The notes: generated from the sequence alone by a model not told the origin. 64,000 bases of DNA from Callorhinchus milii (GCF_018977255.1 NW_024704742.1:47742001-47806000); one strand, 5' to 3'; shown: positions 52,204 through 63,444, numbered from the stretch's first letter. A program made the numbers and translations.

Positions 52204-53488
52204 TCCAACAATAGTCAGGAAGCAGGATTTTACCCCTGGGGAAAAAGCTAGTTTCAAATTTACTGACTAATCTGAAACTGCTCATACCTCCTGCCTGCCA
52301 TCTCAAAATACAACACTAGATCTTGGCACATTCCCTGCAGATCAGACAGAACGGAGCTCCCACCAGCTAATATTCCACTTGTCGCTAAGTGCAGTGAGGT
52401 GATCATTGCTTTATAATGGGATTTTTCCAGATTATAAGCGTACATTTACAATTTAGCAGCAAGCAAAATATCTTGTTTTGGGCATATGAAACCTCCCAGC
52501 CCAAACCCTGGCTTGGGCTAAGGGAATGAAAGAAAGAAGTCTAAATGTTTAAGAAAACCAAATCGAGTTTTATTTTATAATAATGAATTAACAGCAACAT
52601 GCGTTACAATTCAGTGCACAAACAGCAGCTGTACAGGATGCTAAACAGGTGTAGACACTGAGCAATGGGGTCACAAGGTTGTTTTGAAAAAAAAATATCA
52701 AAAATATTCCATCTTTGACAATATCATTTTGAATAAAAGCACCTGCAGGTGTGTGCTCAGGTCATGTTTTCCTCAAGACCGTGTGCAAAGGTCAGCAGCT
52801 GCACCTGGAGACTCCAGCCAGTCAATTTATGTAGCTGGGTGGAGCAGGCCTGCGTTTCCTGGGCTGTTATGTTCATTCACATAACACAATCGTTGGCCCG
52901 ATTGGCTGTTTGAAACTACTGGCAGCTTCAGGATCCTTAGCTCATCCACACAAACGGTAGCAGTCATCGATTCTCTCCAAGTGGTGAAATGCATGTCACA
53001 CCGGGAAACAAACTGACATGATGTCTGCAAGATACCCAGTCCTAAAAAAAGAGGCAATTCTGTTTATTTTCTTCGAATGTACAATGCAGGAGAAACAAAT
53101 CCAAACCCACCAATTTTCAAAATGTACACTGTTGTTGCCAGGGAAACTCCCAGGATTTCCCACAGGGACATGGAGAATCACTTAGAACCAAATATAGCCC
53201 CATTATCAATGCAAGTCATGGGACAGCAAAGCATTATAATAGAATAGATTCTGGCACGTACCTAGTTAAATGGGCACAACCACTTGCTGAGTTCCCGTTG
53301 AGTCTTGCCTTGGAGCTCATTTTCTCTTGCCAGCAACAGGGAGAAGCTACATATCTAGCCGTTGTATTTTTAGTTCCTCAGCAATGTAGGCAGAACAAAA
53401 TTAAACATTCTTTTTACTTCTACAATTTTAAAATAAAATACACCAGCATTGGGCTAAAATATTCTTCAGATGCATTAAAACACACATT

Positions 53489-53940
53489 CAACAACAGCAA
53501 CAAATTACATTTGTATAATGCCTTTCACATCAGGAGGCGCTGGGGAGTCAGGTATTTGGACCTGAGCTGGGGTTGGGATCAGGAGAAATGGAGGGTAGGG
53601 AGAGTAGGAGTGGGAGGGTGACCGAAGGCGTGGTCGAAGAGGAGGGTCTTGAGACAGGTCTTGAAGAAGGCAGGAAAGGAAGCCAGGCGAGGATGGGGTG
53701 AAAGGGTCACAGAGCCTGCGGAAGAGAACACAAGCTAGAGTGCTGCATTCTGCAGCTTGTTGAGGGAAGAGTTGGGAAAGCCGACAAGCAAGGAGTTGGC
53801 ATAGTTGAGCCTAGATGTAATGAATGCGTGTTTGTGGGTTTCGGCAGCCTGAGGGGTGAGGCAGTGGCGGAACCAGGCAATGTTGCAGAGGTGGGGGAAG
53901 ACAGAACTGGTCATGGCACAGATATGGGGTAGAAGGGACA
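53489..53940 (-). mobile_element. L2 fragment with internal deletion
   Basis: HAFITSRLNYANSLLVG remnant joined to the 3' end. Confidence 0.85.
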
Positions 53941-54954
53941 CTTGAGACATTCAATAATCAACAGCAGTCCATATATTTCAGAACACAGCTCTGAGTTCTT
54001 CCTNCCCCCTTTACCTCAAACCCACCTCGCCAAAAAAAGGGATTGTGGAGACACTGAACCTTCCTCCATAAGCAGCACAATAGATTAAGAACAACAATAA
54101 CAATAATCCTTGTATTTAATGTAAGCGGCTTTCACATCAAGTGGACATCTCAAAGCGCATCTCAGGATTTTAGTTTAGTGACTGTAACTTGTTGGTGAAC
54201 CTACCAGCAACCGAGGAAGAGACGCAAGTTAAAGGTGGATGTATCAAGGAATTTCATGGTATCGAGAAATCCCGAATCTCAATTAGTGCAAGTCCCAGTT
54301 TTGGAATAAAATCAAGAAGAACTGATTCGAGGATTCTACTGATTTACTGGATAACCAACTTCCTGGAATCTGTACAGCCCAACCCTATGCAGACCAGCTG
54401 ATGTCAGGATAACGGAGCAAGAATCCATCCCACTGAATATCGAGATAATGAACGTAAGTGCAATTCAATTGATAAGATACACACACTCATTTCTAATCAC
54501 TTGGTATTGACTTTTGGCCAATTTTCTTTTCTTCTTCTATCATTCGAACCATATTGCTCGACAGCGTGTGCATGTTAATGGGCTCACTTTTTTGTGGTTG
54601 GGACTGTTCAAATGTCAATTGCGGAGCTACCAGCTCCAGCAGTCACAGACCACAGTAACTGCAGATTTCTTCAGACGGCCTGTCCGATATTGAAGTAATT
54701 CAAAATTCACACAAATCCATACCCAAAATGAAATCAGTGGCTCCAAAGATTGCAAAAAAAAGGTACAGATTGGACACAAAAAAAGACAACGACAGTAGAA
54801 GCACATCTTCGGCAGAAGAAAACCACCGACATGTATTAGAGAGAGAGAGAGGGACTGTCACACAGGGGAGTCCACCTGCCTTGGGATCAAAAGGGAGCGC
54901 TGAGCACAAGCTGCATGCAGACCGTAAACCTAGATTCAAGACGCGCACAGTAAG

Positions 54955-55496
54955 AATCTGCAGCTCGTGTACTGTCCCGCACCAGGCTTCGCGACCACAT
55001 CACTCCCACCCTCGCTCGCCTCCACTGGCTCCCCATCCCCCAGAGGATTGATTTCAAGATCCTCATCCTCACCTACAAGGCCATTCACGGCCTCGCTCCC
55101 TCCTACCTCTCCAACCTACTATCCCCCTACCTACCTGCCCGTACCCTCCGTTCCTCTGGCTCCGGTCTGCTCCACGTCCCCCGCCCCAACCGCCCTACTA
55201 TCGGTGGTCGGGCCTTCAGCCTCTCAGCCCCGAGGCTCTGGAACTCTATCCCCCAGTGCCTTCGCCGCTTCCTACCTTTCCTCCTTCAAGGCCGGTCTCA
55301 AGACCTTTCTCTTTGACTGTGCCTTCAGCTCCCCTCTCGGCTCTCTACCCCCTCCTCGCTCCCTCCCTTCCCTCCCCTCACCCTGACCATGTCCCCCCCA
55401 AGGCTCGGGTCCTGACCCAACTGTCCAGCGCCTTGGGACATCCTCCCGACGTGAAAGGCGCTCTATAAATGCAATCTTGTTGTTGTTGTTGTTGTA
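54955..55496 (+). mobile_element. Young L2 3' fragment
   Basis: HITPTLASLHWLPIPQRIDFKIL, FKAGLKTFLF, (GTT)n tail. Confidence 0.9.
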
Positions 55497-56267
55497 AGAG
55501 GCGAAACAGGATACCTACCCACCGCGTGCTGAACAAACCCCCGGGTGTGCGCTGGAGGGAAATCGGTACCATTTATTAAGCGCCTCAGCCTGCTGTCAGC
55601 GGGCAAGAGAAGCCACAACAGGACTGCAAACAAATACAACTGGGAGGGGCTGGATTTCTTCCACACCCACAGCCACACCCAAATATACATATAGATATAT
55701 ATCTATCTATGTGTGTGTGTGTGTGGGGGGGGGGGGGGCAATGTAAAACCCTGATGGGATTTGAATCTGGATTGCCAGACAGAGAGAGATTTTTATATAT
55801 TTTTTTCCCCCAAAAAAAAGCCTAACGGTACATACGGTTTTTTTTTAAAAAAAATGTATGTACACAGAAAAAGAGAAAAAAAGATAAGACGACGACGACG
55901 AAAAAAAAAAGAAACGAGAGAGAGAGAGAGAGAGAAAAAATCGCCCCCTCTCTCTCAACGCCACAAGGCGCGCGTTCAATAAACCAACGGCTGAATCCCG
56001 GGGAGTTACGGGGATCGGTCGCTGTCGGTTTTATTTATTTTATTTTATTTTTTTAAAAAAATTTTCGCGCCGCACCGGAACCGCCGGTGACACGGGGGGT
56101 TTTTTTTCGCGGCCGAGGCCTCAGCGCCGGTAACGCCCTCCGTCCCTCCCGCCTTCCCAGTCCGTCCTCCCTCCCTCCCTCCTGCCCTCCCTCCTGCCCT
56201 CCCGGCCCGCGCAGGGGGGCCCGCCCTTGGGCCTTGCTTGACTATTCTCTCGGGACCGTTGAAACCC

Positions 56268-56481
56268 GGGCAGGGCAGGGCAGGGCCGGGCAGGGAGGGC
56301 CGGGCAGGGAGGGCCGGGAGGGCGGGCAGGGAGGGCAGGGAGGGCAGGGTAGGCCGGGCAGGGAGGGCCGGGCAGGGAAGGCCGGGCAGGGCAGGCCGGG
56401 CAGGGCGAGCAGGGCGGGCAGGGCCGGGCCGGGAGGGCGGGCAGGGAGGGCAGGGCCGGGCAGGGAGGGCAGGGCCGGGCC
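56268..56481 (+). repeat. G-rich tandem repeat of GGGCA/GGGCC/GGGA units (G-quadruplex potential), RFC1 intron 1
   Basis: About 40 GGG runs separated by 1-2 nt; flanked by (CCCT)n tracts. Confidence 0.93.
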
Positions 56482-56619
56482 GCTCGCAGTGTGCGGGGCC
56501 TGGGCACGGCAAGCACTCCCTCCCTGCCCTCCCTCCCTCCCTCCCTCTCCCCAAACATACCCCCCCACCACCACCGTGAAGGTATATGTATAACACACCA
56601 TCTCTCCCCCACCCCTTAC

Positions 56620-56622
56620 CAT
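56620..56622 (-). CDS. RFC1: RFC1 exon 1 coding part (start codon only; 5' UTR extends to roughly 56720)
   Basis: gcagccagATG|gtaagg inside the CpG island; joins exon 2 to give MDIRKFF, an ATG-only first coding exon as I recall for human RFC1. Confidence 0.85.
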
Positions 56623-56906
56623 CTGGCTGCTGGGCGGCCCCGCGCGCTACCGCTGCTACTGCTGCTGCCGCTCCTCCTCTGACCCGACCAACCGCCACAT
56701 TTGGCGCCAACAATTTCAACGCGCACGCGTGCCCGGCGCGCGAGAAAGACGTCACCGTCACCACACCCCTTCACCCCCCCCACACCCTCCCCCCACACAC
56801 ACGCCCCGCCCCCACCTCTCCCTCTCTCTCCCCGTCGTCGGCGGACGTTACGTCACCGATCGCGCGCGGGCGGAAGGAACTTACGTCGCCAGATTAGACG
56901 GATTCA

Positions 56907-57046
56907 CGCCCAATTGGGCGTTTTTTTTTGCTGCGCTGGACGCGAGTAAAGAAGCCCAATTGGGCGGGTTTACGCGAGAAAAGAAGCCCAATTGGGCGGG
57001 TTTTTTTGCACTGCACGCACGAAAAGAAGCCCAATTGGGCGGGTTT
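56907..57046. repeat. Four dispersed copies of palindrome GCCCAATTGGGC (unit AAAGAAGCCCAATTGGGCGGGTTT)
   Basis: Copies start at 56908, 56954, 56986, 57029. Confidence 0.93.
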
Positions 57047-57236
57047 TTGTTGCCATGGAGTGAGTGACCAATTTTTATTTTGGGGGGGAATTGTCCCTCC
57101 AAAGGTCATCCCCTCCGACATTGCGGCACCGACCCGGAGTGTTAGCACAGACTGGATGGGTTCCTTGTCCCAGTGTGAGGCCTGAACCCACAACCTTCTG
57201 ACTCAGAGGCAAGATTGAGGCAGGTTTGGTTGGCCT

Positions 57237-57449
57237 TTGCCCAGGAGTTGCCCAGGCGTTGCCCAGGAGTTGCCCAGGCGTTGCCCAGGAGTTGCCCAGG
57301 AGTTGCCCAGGCGTTGCCCAGGCGTTGCCCAGGAGTTGCCCAGGAGTTGCCCAGGCGTTGCCCAGGAGTTGCCCAGGAGTTGCCCAGGCGTTGCCCAGGC
57401 GTTGCCCAGGCGTTGCCCAGGCGTTGCCCAGGCGTTGCCCAGGAGTTGC
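57237..57449 (+). repeat. 11-bp minisatellite (TTGCCCAGG[A/C]G)x19
   Basis: 19 units, perfect except for one biallelic position. Confidence 0.97.
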
Positions 57450-57554
57450 GTGGTCAGGTCCCGCAAAATAACAAGCAAGGCTATTGCTAAGGGGAAAAGG
57501 TCGGCCAGTCCGTGTACCTCTGGATAATGCGGATTACTGGAGGCATTCTGTTTT

Positions 57555-57810
57555 CATAGATGTTACGTAGATTGTACAGCACAGAAATAGGCCGTTCCTC
57601 ACCATTAGTCATTGCCAGTGTTTACACACAAGTCTCCACCCACTGCTGACACCCTCCAATATCCCTCGATTCCCTTCTCCCTCACGTGTACATCCAGCTT
57701 CCTCTTAAATGCATCTATGCTGTCTGATTCAACCACCGCTTCGGGCAGCGAGCTCCACGTTTTCACTACCCTTCACTTGAAATAGTTCCTTCTATACTCT
57801 CTTTTAGGTT
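57555..57810 (-). mobile_element. CR1 3' relic
   Basis: Reverse-complement CR1 3' UTR (TACAGCACAGAAATAGGCC) and ORF end. Confidence 0.65.
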
Positions 57811-58323
57811 CCCCCCCCCCGGCGCAGGGTCATGTAAGTGCTCACAACTTACATAGTATCAAATAAGTAGTCGTACTCAACCACTAGAAGATATATATCT
57901 TTGCTTAACTCAAAACCGTTTCTGGCTCAACCTTGGACTCGGGGTGTTTAGTTATTTAATTGGTCTTAAGTGTTTCTTTTGCATTTTGGTGTCTAATCTG
58001 TTCACTCACAGAAACATTGCTTCTATTTCTGCTTGCGTGCCTCAGCAATAGGTAACATTTTGGCTCTAGGTATACACTTTTAAATCCTCTCGTGTGACCT
58101 GCACTGTATTGTATACTGCTTGTAAAATCTCATTATTCCTGTTAATTGGTATTATGACCTTGTCACCTTTGTACCACATTCAATACAAGCAATTATTTAA
58201 CATTCTTGTTGTTTGTAAATACAGGTTTCCTTTCACAATGTATTTCAAAGGCACGTTCAGTCACTTTGCCCTGAATCTCTGAACTCTTCGCCTCCATCCC
58301 CCCTTCTTGCCCCCTTTCTCAGT

Positions 58324-58629
58324 GGAGTCCTGTAGCTCAGTGGTTAGAGCACTCGCTTTGCAAGTGAGAGACCTGAGTTCAATTCCAGGCCGAGGGCGAA
58401 ACCTTGGGCAAGTTTCCTTACTCCACACAGAGCCTAATAATAATCCCTCCAAAACCAAAAACAATAATAAATTGGTCATTTTCAATCTACCACTGTTTGT
58501 GGGACATTGCTGTGCGCAATTGGCTGCCGCGTTCGCCCACAAATATACAGTCAATTCACTTTACAGTGTGTTCTGTGAAGCGCTTTGGGACGTCCTCCCG
58601 ACATGAAAAGCGCTATATCAAATGCAAGG

Positions 58630-58680
<51 letters not shown>
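58324..58680 (+). mobile_element. Young tRNA-derived SINE, full length, with long (TTA)n tail
   Basis: Anticodon-arm-like CTCGC-TTTGCAA-GTGAG (Ala-TGC-like); tail of about 17 TTA units. Confidence 0.94.
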
Positions 58681-58681
<1 letters not shown>

Positions 58682-59637
58682 TGTGTGTCTTCTAATCGTG
58701 CATAGAGTTTCCTCCTCTAACATGCCTTCGGTCACTTCCCCCACCTTTCCAGCTCGGAGTCAAGGCATGGCGCTGTTAAGCGCTCTGTGACTGTACCTAA
58801 ACTTATCACTGATTCACAGTGATTTGATATGTAAGTCATGTATTCTTTGGCTAATGATACATTGGAATTGCTTAAAAGTCTGGCTCTGAGTTGGCTGTTT
58901 AGAATTCCACAGATAATGTGTCCTCAAATCAGACAGTCTGTAGGCGACTGAATTCATAAGATTGCTTTGTCCTTGAAGTCTGTCACAAAATGGGTTTTTT
59001 GGGCACGACCTATCTGGTGATTGCTACTTCTGAAATTTCTCTATCCCAGGTTGTATTTTTACAGAAGTTGAAGTAAACTTTCTTTTTCAAAAATGTTCTC
59101 TATTGTCACATTCATCTTCATCCTGTTTGAAAGAGTTATAAATGCCAAATGTGTATTCCTCTGCCTTTGAGAGTAGAGCAGAATTGTTAAGTCTCTGTAT
59201 TTGCAGTAATTTCAGTTACTTGAATATGAAATTAAACATGATTTAGTCACTTCCTAGAGTCATTCACGTCATCTGTTTGTGGGACATAGCTTTTCGCAAA
59301 AAGGCTGCAACTTTCGCCCACTAAACACACAGTCACTGCACTTTACAGTATATCTTGTAAAGTGCTTTGGGACATCCTCCCAACTTAAAGCTGCACTTGA
59401 TCTTCTAAGCTAACAGGCTGAGAATATATATTTTTTATTTTTAGACTAACCAGGTGGACCACAATAGTTTTTCCCATTGCTGTATATTCCTATGTTCCTA
59501 TACTCTCTATCTAAGTTCATACACTAATTGATCCTTATATTTACAGTGAGTTACCATGTTGCACAGAAATGTGAACATTGGAGCTTACGTAAGAAAAGCT
59601 TCAGGTAATACATTCATTCAAAGCAAACATCTGTAAC

Positions 59638-59809
59638 ATTGACCATTTGTCCCATTTGTGGGAGACTGCTGTGCCCAATTGACTGCTGCGTTTCGCCCAC
59701 AAATATACGGTCAATTTACTTTACAGTCTATTCTGTGAAGCGCTTTGAGACGTCGAGAAGACGTGAAAAGCGCTATATCAAATGCAAGGATTATTATTAT
59801 TATTATTAT
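59638..59809 (+). mobile_element. SINE 3' half
   Basis: TTTGTGGG...GCTGTGC...AAATGCAAGGA(TTA)n. Confidence 0.88.
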
Positions 59810-59829
59810 TTAGCATTAGAATGTAATGC

Positions 59830-60150
59830 TTACTTCCCAACCCACTACCAGCTGCCTCCGCTCGAGGCTCCGGCCTCCTGTATGTCCCTTTTGCCCTCCG
59901 TTCCACCATCGGTGGCTGCGCTTTCAGCCACTATGCTCCGAAATTCTGGAACACCCTTCCTCTATCCCTTTGCCTTGCCCCTTCCTTCCCCATTTTTAGG
60001 TCACCCTGAAGACCTTACTCTTCGAGCGTGCCTATGGCCACCTCGCACTCCCTCCCCCCAGCACAGCGTTGTGCTCTGCCACTGTAGAGCGCTCTGGGAC
60101 GCTACCCTGTGTGAGGGGTGCTACATAAGTGCAGGTTGTTGTTATTATTG
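59830..60150 (+). mobile_element. L2 3' fragment
   Basis: L2 3' end and (GTT)n tail. Confidence 0.82.
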
Positions 60151-60450
60151 TAATCTCCCCTGCTGTGTAACTGAACTAAAACACTTTAAACTGCCAATAT
60201 CCAATGTGCAACATGAACACTGATCATGTTTCAGAATATATAATCATAGCTCCATAGACCTAAAATTCACAAGATCTCAAGATTAGTTTAGATGAGGAGG
60301 GCCCTTTGGCCCATTTAAAAATTTTGCAGAATAGAATAAGGCCATTCAGCACATTTGATCTCATACTTTCAGAATACCCGAATGTTGAAAATATTAACTG
60401 TACTTAAAAGTTTCAGGATTCACATTAGCACAGTAAGTTGTATACTAACA

Positions 60451-61440
60451 TCAACAACAACATTTCATTTGTAAAGTGCCTTTTATGTTGGGAAGACATT
60501 CCAATGCACTGGACAGACAGAGTTATGGAACCAAGCTGGGGGTTGGGGTCAGGGAGGTTGAGTAATAATAATAATCCTTGCATTTGATATAGCGCTTTTC
60601 ACGTCGGGAGGACGTCCCAAAGCGCTTCACAGAACACACTGTAAAATGAATTGACTGTATATTTGTGGGCGAACGCGGCAGCCAATTGCGCACAGCAATG
60701 TCCCACAAACAGTCGTAGATTGAAAATGACCAATTTATTATCGTTTTTTTTCTTTTGGTTTTGGAGGGATTATTATTAGGCTCTGTGTGGAGTAAGGAAA
60801 CTTGCCCAAGATTTCGCCCTCTGCCTGGAATTGAACTCAGGTCTCTCGCTTGCAAAGCGAGTGCTCTAACCACTGAGCTACAGGACTCAAGGTCAGTGGG
60901 GGAAGCAGGGAGATCGAAAACAAGGTCGAAGAGGAGGGTCTTGAGATGGGTCTTGAAGGTGGCGAGGGAGGCGGCAAGGGGGAGGGACTGCGGGATGGAG
61001 TTCCAGAGGGTGGAGCAGAGTGGGGACGTGAAGCAGGCCGGAGCCCGCTGAGCGGAGGAAGAGAGCAAGATGGTAGGGGGTTAGAAGGTCGCAGAGGTAG
61101 GAGAGAGCAAGGCTATGAAGGGCATTGAAGATGAGGGCCAGGATCTTGAACTGTATCCTCCATGTGATGGGAAGCCAGTGGAGTTGGGCAAGGATGGGGG
61201 TGATAGGGTCACGGAGCCTAGTGTGGGAGAGGACATGGACTGCAGAGTTCTGGATGATCTGCAACCTGTGAAGGGAGGAGTTAGGGAGGCCGACAAGCCA
61301 TGAGTTTGCATAGTTGAGCCTCGATGTAATGAAAGCGTGTATGAGGGTTTTGGTGGCCTGCGATGTGAGACAGTACGGAGCCGTGCGACTTTGTGGAGGT
61401 GGGGGAAGGCAGAGCGGGTCATAGCATAGATTTGGGGTAG
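60451..61440 (-). mobile_element. L2 fragment interrupted by the SINE at 60563-60888
   Basis: QIIQNSAVHVLSHTRLRDPITPILAQLHWLPITWRIQFKIL; WNSIPQSL...FKTHLKTLLF. Confidence 0.9.
60563..60888 (-). mobile_element. Young SINE, full length, nested inside an L2 LINE
   Basis: L2 sequence continues on both sides. Confidence 0.93.
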
Positions 61441-62624
61441 AAAGAATGGTGCACTTATATTAATATAATAATAATTCTTGCTTTATTCGTCATTGAGAAT
61501 TCTCCAATACTGGGAGAAACTTCATTCTCTTTTTGACTAGTGCCATGGAATCTTTAATATAGACCTAAAAATGTAGGAGAGCTTGGTTTAATGTCTCACC
61601 CACAGGTTGGCACCTCCAATATTGCAGTGGTCTCCCACAACTGCACTAAAGTGCCAGCCTAGTAAGCTCAATGTCCCCATGTGGGGCATCCTCGTGGGAT
61701 GCTGGAGCAAGATTTGGCAGGTTACCAATTAGCCAGTTACCAATGTTAACTGAACAAAACACGTCAACCAACGAGAGCAAGGGGAAAAGCAAAAATAATG
61801 GTTTTATTAAAAATAAATTAAATATTAAACATTGTTTTTATTTTGAAGAGAACTTTGAAAGAATAATATGTTTGTGGTTGCAACATAATCCAGGAGTATA
61901 AAATCCACCAGCAGCTATGCATATTATAATAATCAATAAGCCTTGCATTGAGATACTCCCCCCCTGTGAACACAGTGTACACTGTACTTTGCTGAGATGT
62001 ACATAATTAGTAAGTGGAGGTTTCGTGTTTGTATTGGAGGTGCTGCACTCTCTTTCATTGCGTCATTCTTGTAATAACTGAAAAATTAGCACGATCAATT
62101 TCTTTTGTTAAATATTTGTATAGCCTGCGTCACATCTTTGATCAATAATTACAGTTCATGGAACAGGTACTGCTCCCATCAGTGCATTCAGCAACAAGTA
62201 GGCTAAATGAAAATAAGTGGCTGTATTGCGACAGTCTCTTTTTACTGTATTAAGAGACTTTTTGTGTGAATTTTTGTGCACTTCATAAAGGTGTATTGTA
62301 TGAGTGTAGGGAATGGAACATTTTTGCCATTTCCAGCACCCAGTGTCAGCATTAAAAACTCCCAGGGTCAGATATTGTTCAGACAGATGCAGAGTAAAGT
62401 TCCAGTCACTCTACTCTGCACCCAACTGTATGCCTCAGCCCGAAATTCCCCCCAACTCTCCCGCGTGCTTGCCTATATGTGTCAGTTTTTGTTCTATGGC
62501 AAATAATGAATGGGTATAGAAAATGAGTTGTGGCAGGCTAAACTAAGTCCACACCAACAGAACGGACACCTCGTGCCATCAGTCTGCAACAGATTCAAAC
62601 ACGGTCCTGAAAGTAACCAATTTT

Positions 62625-62970
62625 GGAGTCCTCCAGCATATTGGTTAAAGCAATCGCCTCGCAAGCGAGAGGACCCAGGTTCGATTCCCGGGCAAGTTTC
62701 CTTCCTCCACATGCCTCTGTTTACCTAGCAGTAAGAGAAATCCGTTTGTTGGTCGATTGGTGCATCGCTTTCCAGGGGTTATAATTCCTTCAAAAAATAA
62801 TAATAATAATTTGGTCACTCAATCCACGACTGTTTGTGGGACACTTCTGTGCGCAATTAGCTGCCGCGTTTCTCCCACAAAATATGCAGTCAATTCACTT
62901 TACAGTATATTTTGTGAAGTGCTTTGAGACGTCTTGACAACGTGATAAGGCACCATATTTTTGTTATTAT
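62625..62970 (+). mobile_element. Older, longer subfamily of the same SINE
   Basis: tRNA head plus an extra internal segment of about 60 nt (62717-62778) absent from young copies. Confidence 0.85.
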
Positions 62971-63444
62971 CATATGTTTTGTACAGTACTTACCAGCTCC
63001 TAACCAGTAGTATCTTATCCGTCCTTCCTGCCCTGCCCTCTGAGGGGCTTAAAAGGAAAAATGAATTTAGGTATGAATGTGGGGGGTGGGGGGGGGGGGG
63101 TGTTGGACGGGAATGAAAAAACTTTCATTTTATTTAAATAAAATATTATTGTCTTTATTAAAAAAAAAGGCCATTTAACAAATATTTTTGTTTAAGGATG
63201 GAGAAGGGATATATTTCATTTTCATCACATTTCATTTGATTTTCAATGTGTTCACTCCATTGAGTGGTTTTAACTTGGACATTGATCAGAAACGATCATG
63301 CCAGGTCCCAACTGCAATTTTTTTTTAAAAAAATCATACAACAGCAGAGAAAAACCCTAATTTACAAATTATCTTTGGCCCTTTGGCCCATTTGACCCAT
63401 CACTTATTTTTGTTTCAAATTATCAATTTGAAACAAAACAAATA

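Larger units (their letters stand above)
9830..56622 (-). other. RFC1: RFC1 gene span (replication factor C subunit 1, clamp-loader large subunit), 25 coding exons, 1153 aa
   Basis: Exons listed below splice into one open frame with MDIRKFF N-terminus, BRCT domain, Walker A GPPGVGKT, ELNASD box, Walker B MDEVDG and basic C-terminal tail. Confidence 0.97.
55950..57065. promoter_or_regulatory. CpG island / RFC1 promoter
   Basis: Dense CpG. E2F site TTTGGCGC 56700-56707; CRE-like GACGTCA 56748 and TTACGTCA 56848; GC box 56803-56812; four CCAATTGG palindromes 56907-57040. Confidence 0.85.

Noticed and set aside
56045..56764. Long Pro/Arg/Gly-rich ORFs in several frames (up to 239 aa)
   Set aside because: Artefacts of the stop-free GC-rich repeat in the CpG island
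56907..57046. Palindromic repeats with variable spacers resembling a CRISPR array
   Set aside because: Vertebrate promoter context, no cas genes, spacers are short, unequal and similar to each other
57203..57527. Repetitive ORFs (CPGVAQELPR..., NSWATPGQ...)
   Set aside because: Translations of the 11-bp minisatellite; no splice or homology support
58324..58395. tRNA-Ala-like sequence (also at 11630-11698, 38175-38246, 44918, 60820-60888, 62625)
   Set aside because: No closing acceptor stem or Pol III terminator; each continues into the SINE body
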